This document shows, piece after piece, positions 45,729 through 52,985 of a stretch of 52,985 nucleotides of DNA (position 1 is its first letter; each line of letters begins with the position of its first letter). The notes below the pieces were generated by a model, which was not told the origin of the DNA, searched no databases, and worked only from the letters and a program-made list of their open reading frames with translations. This DNA is from a virus. Taxonomy: Duplodnaviria > Caudoviricetes. The DNA is taken from positions 1-52,985 of the IMG/VR virus record IMGVR_UViG_3300030099_007681. One strand, written 5' to 3'. The position numbers and the translations under genes are program-made.

Positions 45729-46003
45729 TGAAATTTATAACTGATTATTTTCGCAATAGAGAAAGAAATAAAATTATTAAACAAATATCAAAACTTCAAG
45801 AAAAGTCTGTGCAATTGCAAAGAAACGGAAACTTAAGAGAATATGCAGAAGTAATGAAGGAAATTGATGAATTAGAAAAAACCCTTGATATATCAAAGAA
45901 TACACCTAGCGGCCCAACAAATCAAAAACAAATATATACAGATTTTGTTGACTACGATGGGATGGGCAATCAAGGCAGATTCCCGGAGGTTAAAAATAAA
46001 TGA
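45728..46003 (+). CDS. hypothetical protein
   Basis: GGAG SD, GTG start; coiled coil with QRNGNLREYA. Confidence 0.65.
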   Translation: MKFITDYFRNRERNKIIKQISKLQEKSVQLQRNGNLREYAEVMKEIDELEKTLDISKNTPSGPTNQKQIYTDFVDYDGMGNQGRFPEVKNK

Positions 46004-46476
46004 AACATCAACAAGTTGATACATCATATTTTAGTAAATGGAATCCAGATATAGACTATCAGCAGCATCCTGAACTATACCATATTGGCCGCGGCCAACA
46101 GGGAGTTCTAATTTGTGAGCCATATAAATCTAACATTTGTGCTTTCTGGCGATTTAAAACAGTACGTGAAGCACAAGTATCAAGTCAAAACATTCTTGGC
46201 ATGTTTTACACATATATCAACGAAGGAGACTTTGTCGGTGCTGATATGGCTAAGAAGTTTTTGCACATGGGCTTTACTCGTGCTCGTAGGTATGCAAACC
46301 ACAGAGATGGCAAAAAATATAATGATGACGGCTCAATCATTCCGCAAGAACCGGACGCACTCACTTGTGAAAAGGCACAATCAGCACACATTTTTTATCA
46401 CTGCTGGAAAGAAGCACGTGAATACCCCAAATATTTAGAAATGAAAAAAGAACACAGGAGCAAGCATGGGCACTAA
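46000..46476 (+). CDS. DUF4385-family protein
   Basis: YHIGRGQQGVLICEPYKS...WRFKT...DFVGADMAKKFLHMGFTRARRYANH. Confidence 0.8.
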   Translation: MKHQQVDTSYFSKWNPDIDYQQHPELYHIGRGQQGVLICEPYKSNICAFWRFKTVREAQVSSQNILGMFYTYINEGDFVGADMAKKFLHMGFTRARRYANHRDGKKYNDDGSIIPQEPDALTCEKAQSAHIFYHCWKEAREYPKYLEMKKEHRSKHGH

Positions 46477-47458
46477 AAGAGTATTGATCGTAGATGCATT
46501 AAACGCATATCTTAGGGCATATATTGTTGACCCATCTGTCTCCACTAATGGGCAGCCAATAGGTGGTCTCAAGGGATTTATAAAAATTTTACAGAAGCTT
46601 GTACGTCAAACACAGCCTAATGCAATAGTTGTTTGTTGGGATGGGCCAAATGGTTCCAAAAAACGTAAAACCATGGATAAAAATTATAAGCAGGGCAGAA
46701 AGCCAATTCGTCTAAATCGTTCAGTGCATAATTTAACAGATGATGAAGAGTTGCAAAATAAAATTTGGCAACAAGGCCGTGTTGTTGAATATCTGAACAA
46801 TATGCCGATTATACAAACTATGCTACCAGAGATTGAAGCCGATGATGTCATTTCGTATATCTGCTCTCTTGGTCATTTTGATGATTGGCAAAAAATTATT
46901 GTATCTAATGACAAGGATTTTATGCAACTGTGTGATGAGAAGACAGTTTTGTGGCGTCCCGTAAAAGATGAAATTTTAAATTCAAAGCGAATTGTAGAGC
47001 AGACTGGGGTGCATCCAACTAACATGGCATTAGCGCGCGCCGTTATCGGTGATGCATCCGATAATTTACCGGGAGTAAAAGGGGCAGGGTTTAAAACAAT
47101 TGCAAAGCGAATTGGCTTTTTGTCTGAAGAAAAAACATACACGATTGATGATGTGGTTGAACACTGTGAAGCTAAATCAGAAAATAGTAATCTAAAGTTT
47201 TTCACAAATGTTGTGCATGCTAAAGATTTAATTGAACACAATTATAAAATGATGCAACTTTATGCACCACAGATGTCAGTTCAGGCTAAATCTCATGTAA
47301 AAGAATCTGTAGAAAATTTTGAATGTGATTTTAACAAAACTGAGATTATCAGACTTATGCGCGAAGATGGATTTGGTGAGCTAAATTGGGAAGAACTTAA
47401 AGCACACTTAAACAAGATTAGCACCGATTGTCTTGACGGTGCAACAGAATTATTCTAA
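46466..47458 (+). CDS. 5'-3' exonuclease / flap endonuclease (T4 RNase H, PolI N-terminal-like)
   Basis: LIVDALN, YKQGR, EADD, SNDKDF, GDASDNLPGVKGAG. Confidence 0.92.
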   Translation: MGTKRVLIVDALNAYLRAYIVDPSVSTNGQPIGGLKGFIKILQKLVRQTQPNAIVVCWDGPNGSKKRKTMDKNYKQGRKPIRLNRSVHNLTDDEELQNKIWQQGRVVEYLNNMPIIQTMLPEIEADDVISYICSLGHFDDWQKIIVSNDKDFMQLCDEKTVLWRPVKDEILNSKRIVEQTGVHPTNMALARAVIGDASDNLPGVKGAGFKTIAKRIGFLSEEKTYTIDDVVEHCEAKSENSNLKFFTNVVHAKDLIEHNYKMMQLYAPQMSVQAKSHVKESVENFECDFNKTEIIRLMREDGFGELNWEELKAHLNKISTDCLDGATELF

Positions 47459-47466
47459 TTTTGTGA

Positions 47467-47494
47467 TTGACTTTACGACAAAATAGGTTATACT
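47467..47494 (+). promoter_or_regulatory. sigma70-type promoter for the helicase operon
   Basis: TTGACT-16-TATACT in intergenic space. Confidence 0.6.
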
Positions 47495-47517
47495 TATAAA
47501 CACCAGCGAGGGCACTA

Positions 47518-48897
47518 ATGAAAGCAGAAAAAGTAAATTTTGGAAGGTATGGGAAAGCCTTCCAAGAGGGACTAGTTCAGCTTATTTTCCAGGATCGACC
47601 ATTCGCAGACCAGATCACTGAAGTGCTTGACGCTAGCTTTATTGAGTTGGAATATCTGCGTGTTTTTCTGCAAAAGATGCTGCAATTCCGACACCGTTAT
47701 AACAAACATCCTTCGGTGGATGCTATGTTAACTATCATCAAAACAGAACTTGATGAAGAAGATGATGTAATTCAAGAAAAGGTACAAGATTACTTTACTA
47801 GAATGCACCAAAGAGAGCTAACAGACATTGATTATATCAAAGAAATATCTCTTGATTTTTGTCGTAAGCAGAATCTTAAAGAAGCAATGATGACTTCGGT
47901 TGGCCTGCTTCAAAACTGTTCTTTTGATGAGATATCAAAAGTTATTAACGATGCACTTAAACTTGGCTCTGAAAATAATTTTGGCTATGACTATATGGCA
48001 GACTTTGAAGAAAGATTTATGCCAAAGTTTAGAAGGCCAGTAACTACCGGCTGGGGAGATATCGACAACATAACAGGTGGGGGCTTGGGCAAAAGTGAGC
48101 TTGGTGTTGTCATCGCACCAACTGGTGCTGGAAAATCAATGGTGTTAGTTCACCTTGGTTCTCAGGCGCTGAAAGAAGGTAAAACAGTTGTTCATTATAC
48201 GCTTGAGTTGCAGGATACAGTTATTGCGACTAGATATGATAGCTGTATAACAGGCTATCCCCTGTCTGACATTATTAATTTTAAAGAGGAAGTTTATGAA
48301 GAAATTAAAGATATTGATGGATCACTTATTGTTAAAGAATACCCAACTAAATCTGCTTCCACAAATACAATCAGAGCACATCTTTCTCGGCTTGTTAAGC
48401 GTGGTATTACTCCTGGAATGGTTATTGTAGACTATGCAGATTTGTTAAAACCAGTTCAGGTTAGAAAAGAAAAAAGAGAAGAACTGGGCTCTATATATGA
48501 AGAACTTAGAGCACTATCAACAGAATTTAAGTGTCCTATATGGACGGCATCACAAACTAACAGATCGGGCTTGAGCGCAGAAGTAATTACAATGGAGCAA
48601 ATATCAGAGGCATTCAACAAATGCTTTGTTGCAGATTTTATCTTTTCAGTTTCTCGGACTATTGAAGATAAACAAAACAATCAAGGCAAAATCTTTATCG
48701 CCAAAAACAGAAATGGGCCCGATGGTATGGTCTATAATATATTTATGGATACATCAAATGTTAATATAAAAATATTGCCTAAAACTCCACAACAAAAAGA
48801 TACCCCAAGTGGTGTTGTTACAGCACCAGTCGCGCTTGACTCTAAACAGCAAAAAGATTTACTACGTCAAAAATATACCAAGCTAAGAAGGAAATAA
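47518..48897 (+). CDS. replicative DnaB-like helicase (T4 gp41-like)
   Basis: APTGAGKS, HYTLEL, VKEYPT, VDYADL, WTASQTNR, KNRNG. Confidence 0.93.
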   Translation: MKAEKVNFGRYGKAFQEGLVQLIFQDRPFADQITEVLDASFIELEYLRVFLQKMLQFRHRYNKHPSVDAMLTIIKTELDEEDDVIQEKVQDYFTRMHQRELTDIDYIKEISLDFCRKQNLKEAMMTSVGLLQNCSFDEISKVINDALKLGSENNFGYDYMADFEERFMPKFRRPVTTGWGDIDNITGGGLGKSELGVVIAPTGAGKSMVLVHLGSQALKEGKTVVHYTLELQDTVIATRYDSCITGYPLSDIINFKEEVYEEIKDIDGSLIVKEYPTKSASTNTIRAHLSRLVKRGITPGMVIVDYADLLKPVQVRKEKREELGSIYEELRALSTEFKCPIWTASQTNRSGLSAEVITMEQISEAFNKCFVADFIFSVSRTIEDKQNNQGKIFIAKNRNGPDGMVYNIFMDTSNVNIKILPKTPQQKDTPSGVVTAPVALDSKQQKDLLRQKYTKLRRK

Positions 48898-48902
48898 ACT
48901 AA

Positions 48903-50870
48903 ATGAGAACTATTGACAACATTCGCAGATTCAGATTATCAGATACATTCGTGGAACCATATAAAAAAGCTGAAGTTCCGTGGGGCCCTTTGGGATATGT
49001 AACATTTAAAAGAACATATTCTAGGCGATTAAACGAATTTGATCCTGAAGCCACCGGCACCGAAGAATGGTGGCAAACCTGCAGGAGGGTTGTTGAAGGA
49101 ATGTTTAACATGCAGAAACAGCATGTTTTTGCCTTGGGGCTTGAGTGGAATGATAATAAAGCACAGCGCACTGCTAAAGATGCATATGATCGCTTATTTA
49201 ATCTTAAATGGACACCACCTGGCCGCGGCTTATGGATGATGGGTACAAAATTTATTGAAGAAAAAACTGGCGCTGCTCTTTTTAATTGTGCATTTCGCTC
49301 TACCAAAGATTTAGCCACAAAAGGTGGATACCTGTTTGCTTGGATGATGGACGCTTTGATGGTTGGCATTGGGGTAGGGTTTGATACAGAAGGTGCTAGT
49401 AGTCTTACCATATGTGAACCTCAGTTCACAAACGATACTTTGATAATTGATGATTCACGTGAAGGATGGGTAGACTCTGTACAAACATTGCTTAATGGTT
49501 ATTATTTTGGTCACAAAGTTCCAAAGTTTGATTATTCAGCAATCCGCCCTTTTGGGGCTCATATCAAAGGCTTCGGTGGGACCTCATCTGGCCCGCAACC
49601 ATTAATTGAGCTTCATGAAAGTTTGATTGAGATGTATTCTAAAAAAATCGGAGAGCCCATCACATCTGTTGATATCGTAGATACAGAAAACTTGATTGGA
49701 CGTTGTGTTGTATCCGGTAACGTTAGGCGCTCTGCTGCTTTGGCTATGGGCAAGCATGATGATTTGCATTATCTTGAAATGAAAAATGATTCTGAAAAAC
49801 TTATGCATCATCGCTGGAATTCTAATAATTCATTTAATGCTGTCGTTGGAATGGACTACACGTGGCATGCAAATCAGTCACAAAAGAATGGCGAGCCCGG
49901 CTATATCTGGTTAGAAAATGCTAGAACGCGCGGTCGCTTTAAAGATGGCGAGCGTTTAGACGATGTTAATGTGGCTGGTTTTAATCCTTGTGTGGAACAG
50001 CAATTAGAAGATGCCGAATTGTGCTGCTTAGTTGAAACATTCCCAGCCAAACATGATGACATGGATGATTATTTAAAGACATTAAAAATAGCCTACTTAT
50101 ATGGCAAGACGATTACCTTATCGAACACACATTGGCCCGAAACGAATGCTAAAATGCTAAAAAATCGCCGCATCGGTCTTTCGCAGTCAGGTGTCATACA
50201 AGCTTTCAACAAACATGGCCGCCGCGAGATGTATAATTGGTGCGACCAGGCTTACCAATATGTTCAGAAACTAGATGAAGAATATTCAAACTGGCTGTGC
50301 ATACCTAAATCTATAAGAACCACGTCAATCAAGCCGTCAGGCACAGTTTCTCTTCTTAACGGTTCAACCCCAGGTATTCACTTTCCAGAAGATGAATACT
50401 ATATCAGACGAATCAGGTTTTCAAAAGATTCTCCGCTGTTAGAACCTTTACAAAAAGCAGGCTATGCTATCGAAGATGATGTATATTCGCCCAACACTTC
50501 GTGTGTTGAGTTCCCTGTTCATGAGCCTTATTTTTTCAAAGGCAAAAGAGATGTGAATATGTGGGAACAACTTGAGATTGCTGCACAATATCAACACTAT
50601 TGGGCTGACAACTCAGTTTCTATAACTGTGACCTTTAAACCAGAAGAGGCTAACAGCATAAAAGATGCTTTAGAAATGTATGAATCGCGCTTAAAAGCTG
50701 TATCATTTCTAAAGTATGAAGAGACCGGCTATGAACAAGCGCCGTATGAGCCTATTACAAAGCAAAAGTATGAGCAATTAACTAAAAATATAACCCCTAT
50801 TACTCGAATAGCTACCGAAGAACAGGGTACTGGTTCAAAATTTTGCACCAATGACACATGTACAATTTAG
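48903..50870 (+). CDS. nrdJ: class II (adenosylcobalamin-dependent) ribonucleotide reductase, monomeric RTPR type
   Basis: RTYSR, PPGRGLW, NCAF, GNVRRSA, NPCVEQ, IKPSGTVS, C-terminal FCTNDTC. Confidence 0.92.
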   Translation: MRTIDNIRRFRLSDTFVEPYKKAEVPWGPLGYVTFKRTYSRRLNEFDPEATGTEEWWQTCRRVVEGMFNMQKQHVFALGLEWNDNKAQRTAKDAYDRLFNLKWTPPGRGLWMMGTKFIEEKTGAALFNCAFRSTKDLATKGGYLFAWMMDALMVGIGVGFDTEGASSLTICEPQFTNDTLIIDDSREGWVDSVQTLLNGYYFGHKVPKFDYSAIRPFGAHIKGFGGTSSGPQPLIELHESLIEMYSKKIGEPITSVDIVDTENLIGRCVVSGNVRRSAALAMGKHDDLHYLEMKNDSEKLMHHRWNSNNSFNAVVGMDYTWHANQSQKNGEPGYIWLENARTRGRFKDGERLDDVNVAGFNPCVEQQLEDAELCCLVETFPAKHDDMDDYLKTLKIAYLYGKTITLSNTHWPETNAKMLKNRRIGLSQSGVIQAFNKHGRREMYNWCDQAYQYVQKLDEEYSNWLCIPKSIRTTSIKPSGTVSLLNGSTPGIHFPEDEYYIRRIRFSKDSPLLEPLQKAGYAIEDDVYSPNTSCVEFPVHEPYFFKGKRDVNMWEQLEIAAQYQHYWADNSVSITVTFKPEEANSIKDALEMYESRLKAVSFLKYEETGYEQAPYEPITKQKYEQLTKNITPITRIATEEQGTGSKFCTNDTCTI

Positions 50871-50878
50871 GAGAAGAT

Positions 50879-51163
50879 ATGAACTTTAAACCATTAAATA
50901 GATATATTGAAATTGAAATCGAACCAATAAAAGCACCACAGACTGAAAGCGGTATATTGCTACCTAGCGACTTTAAAGTACAGGAAGCACGCCACGCATG
51001 CGTTAAAGTAAAGTCGTGGGATAATGAAGTTAGATTTGCAGATTCGTTAACTGAAAACAGTTGGCTTATTGTTGATAAATCAATGATTGAGGAAGTAAAT
51101 GTTAGAGGCAATGCGATCAATTTGGTGTTGGATAATTACGTTCTGGGACTATTTACATCATAA
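50879..51163 (+). CDS. GroES-like co-chaperonin
   Basis: MNFKPLNRYIEI...TESGILLP mobile loop, about 94 aa; start moved to ATG 50879 after AGGAG. Confidence 0.75.
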   Translation: MNFKPLNRYIEIEIEPIKAPQTESGILLPSDFKVQEARHACVKVKSWDNEVRFADSLTENSWLIVDKSMIEEVNVRGNAINLVLDNYVLGLFTS

Positions 51164-51209
51164 AGAACGTAAACTTCCAACCGAAGGCAGCAAAGAAGAA
51201 GAACATGAT

Positions 51210-52109
51210 ATGGGCATTGATAAGAATTTTTATAATGAATCCTCTGCAAAAAATTTGGGATGGGAACCTGCATGGTTTGGTCAAAAGTATTTTGACGAAC
51301 AATTAGTTAGAGCAATCAAAAAATGGCAACGTGAACGTGGCTTACAAGCCGATGGTTTATGTGGCCCAATGACTTATCGTAGAATATGGACTGAGCGACA
51401 AGCTGACATTGACGATCATAGGCCCGTCGACTGTCAATACTCTAACTATATTGTATATAACGGCGATTTTCACCCAATTGAATGGGACAAGGTTGTGCTT
51501 TGGTCTGAAACCGGCGGCATGCAAGCAAAGAAGGGTTCATACTATGATTATACCGGCCGGCCCCAGCGCGGGATAAGATTATTTGTAAATCATTGGGACG
51601 TGTGCCTATCATCACGCTCATGTCAATCTATTCTAGACAAACGCGGTATTTCAGTACATTTTTTAATTGATAATGATGGAACCATTTATCAAACATTGGA
51701 CATGCAACACGGAGCCTGGCACGCTGGTTCCGAGCGTGTAAATCGTGCATCTGTTGGTGTTGAGATCTCTAATGCTTATTATACAAAATATCAAGATTGG
51801 TATAAACGCAATGGCTTTGGCGAGAGGCCGATCATATCAGGCGCAAGAGTGCATGGAGAACAGCTAGAAGATTTTACTGGATTCTATCCAGAACAAATCA
51901 ATGCACTCAAAGCCCTGTGGAAAGCTATCAATACATCTACAGGGGTTGAATTTCAAACACCCACTAACCAGTTTGGTACAACATCAAAAACATATGTACA
52001 GGACGCTAAATATGGCAAATTCTGTGGCTTTGTAAGTCATTATCATGTTAGCAAAAGCAAGATTGATTGTGCCGGCTTAGACATTAAAAAATTACTTGAT
52101 GAATTATAA
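51210..52109 (+). CDS. endolysin: peptidoglycan-binding domain plus N-acetylmuramoyl-L-alanine amidase
   Basis: AIKKWQRERGLQADGLCGPMT (PG-binding), VNHWD, SVHFLIDNDGTIYQ, AWHAG, SVGVEI, SHYHV...KIDC; start probably ATG 51210. Confidence 0.88.
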   Translation: MGIDKNFYNESSAKNLGWEPAWFGQKYFDEQLVRAIKKWQRERGLQADGLCGPMTYRRIWTERQADIDDHRPVDCQYSNYIVYNGDFHPIEWDKVVLWSETGGMQAKKGSYYDYTGRPQRGIRLFVNHWDVCLSSRSCQSILDKRGISVHFLIDNDGTIYQTLDMQHGAWHAGSERVNRASVGVEISNAYYTKYQDWYKRNGFGERPIISGARVHGEQLEDFTGFYPEQINALKALWKAINTSTGVEFQTPTNQFGTTSKTYVQDAKYGKFCGFVSHYHVSKSKIDCAGLDIKKLLDEL

Positions 52110-52980
52110 ATACGACAATGTTGTTGTTGGCAGTTCGTTTGACGCAGTACTCTTTGCATTTATTCACAATTATCCAATAATTTATTCGGATCATGATATA
52201 CCGTTTAGGTTCGATTATTTAGATCACAATATTGATTTATCTGCTTTGAAAATAGATAATAGACCGTCTGTTATCAAAACCTCTGTTGATGATGTGGTGG
52301 TGGGACTTCCAAAGGTTCTCTTGTGGGAGCGTATGTTGTTTTTATTATCACTAGACTCTAAAGCCCCTTTATCAAGTTTATGCAAATCATTGCGAAGAAA
52401 AGACAATAAAATAATATGCTCAAACGAATATTCTAAAATTGCTGAGATCAAATTTGCCACTTGCCACTATTTTTATGATCAGAATGCGTTCAATTTCGTA
52501 AACGAAAAAACGCTTGCATCAGACAAGTACATATGCTATGATTGGATAGCTATTAACAGAGGCGGCAAACAAGAGATAGATTTGATTGAGACAAACGATG
52601 ATTTTACAAAAGAGATGTGGTTTTACCCATCTGATCGTATCGATGGTCGTACATCGGTAAAAGATGTTTGCGCAGTTTCTATCTTGACAGAAAAACAGAT
52701 TAGTGACTTCAATTATTCAGAAACAATGGCTCGATTTAAATTAGTTCACGAAATGGAGAAACGTGGAATGAAGGGGCCTTCAAATGGATATGGACCAAAT
52801 GGAAAACTCAAACATTACAAGATTAGAGCTACTAGCGTTAATCGCTCAGTCCGTAAGCTCGAACATAAAATCACACCGAAAACCAGCAATATTAAAATTG
52901 CGCAAATTATCAAAGAAGATTACTATGCAGGCTTACCAAAGGCTTGTTTGGGATACGATAGATTTTTGAGGCACCTATGA
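52096..52980 (+). CDS. hypothetical protein with a degenerate Rossmann-like N-terminus
   Basis: YDNVVVGSSFDAVLFAF resembles a dinucleotide-binding beta-alpha start but lacks GxGxxG. Confidence 0.55.
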   Translation: MMNYKYDNVVVGSSFDAVLFAFIHNYPIIYSDHDIPFRFDYLDHNIDLSALKIDNRPSVIKTSVDDVVVGLPKVLLWERMLFLLSLDSKAPLSSLCKSLRRKDNKIICSNEYSKIAEIKFATCHYFYDQNAFNFVNEKTLASDKYICYDWIAINRGGKQEIDLIETNDDFTKEMWFYPSDRIDGRTSVKDVCAVSILTEKQISDFNYSETMARFKLVHEMEKRGMKGPSNGYGPNGKLKHYKIRATSVNRSVRKLEHKITPKTSNIKIAQIIKEDYYAGLPKACLGYDRFLRHL

Positions 52981-52985
52981 ATCAC

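Noticed and set aside
47433-47461. Additional sigma70 promoter TTGACG-17-TAATTT
   Set aside because: Weak -10 element; a better candidate lies at 47467
1-52985. Alternative genetic code, introns/inteins, tRNAs, integrase
   Set aside because: Core genes (terL, MCP, helicase, NrdJ, RecA) are uninterrupted in code 11 with TAA, TGA and TAG all used as stops; no cloverleaf or recombinase was recognised by eye

Overview
A 53 kb, AT-rich segment of a large lytic tailed-phage genome with a T4-like (gp17/gp20/gp21/gp22/gp23) head module and a contractile tail. All credible genes are on the + strand and use the standard code. Order of modules: (1) 3' end of a probable FtsZ/tubulin-like gene, putative capsid-internal proteins and a holin/spanin-like trio; (2) terminase, portal, prohead protease and phage-encoded ribosomal protein bS21; (3) five paralogous fibre-like proteins, scaffold and major capsid protein; (4) neck, sheath, tube, tail chaperone with a probable programmed frameshift, tape measure and baseplate genes; (5) a replication/repair block with a minimal PolA, a degenerate tubulin/FtsZ, gp32-like SSB, an AIPR-like protein, RecA/UvsX, UvsE, DUF4385, 5'-3' exonuclease, DnaB, class II RNR, GroES and an amidase. 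Structural genes are preceded by a conserved NCTA(T/A/C)TTA(T/A) putative late promoter; replication genes by sigma70-type TTGAC(A/T)-16/17-TAnnnT promoters. The strongest unexplained signal is a three-copy H-type pseudoknot-like element with compensatory base changes that punctuates the accessory genes between ssb and recA. Other leads are the mini-PolA/pseudo-tubulin pair, an SD-plus-U7 frameshift site, and shared N-terminal leaders resembling capsid-targeting signals. All calls come from motif recognition by eye; no searches were run.
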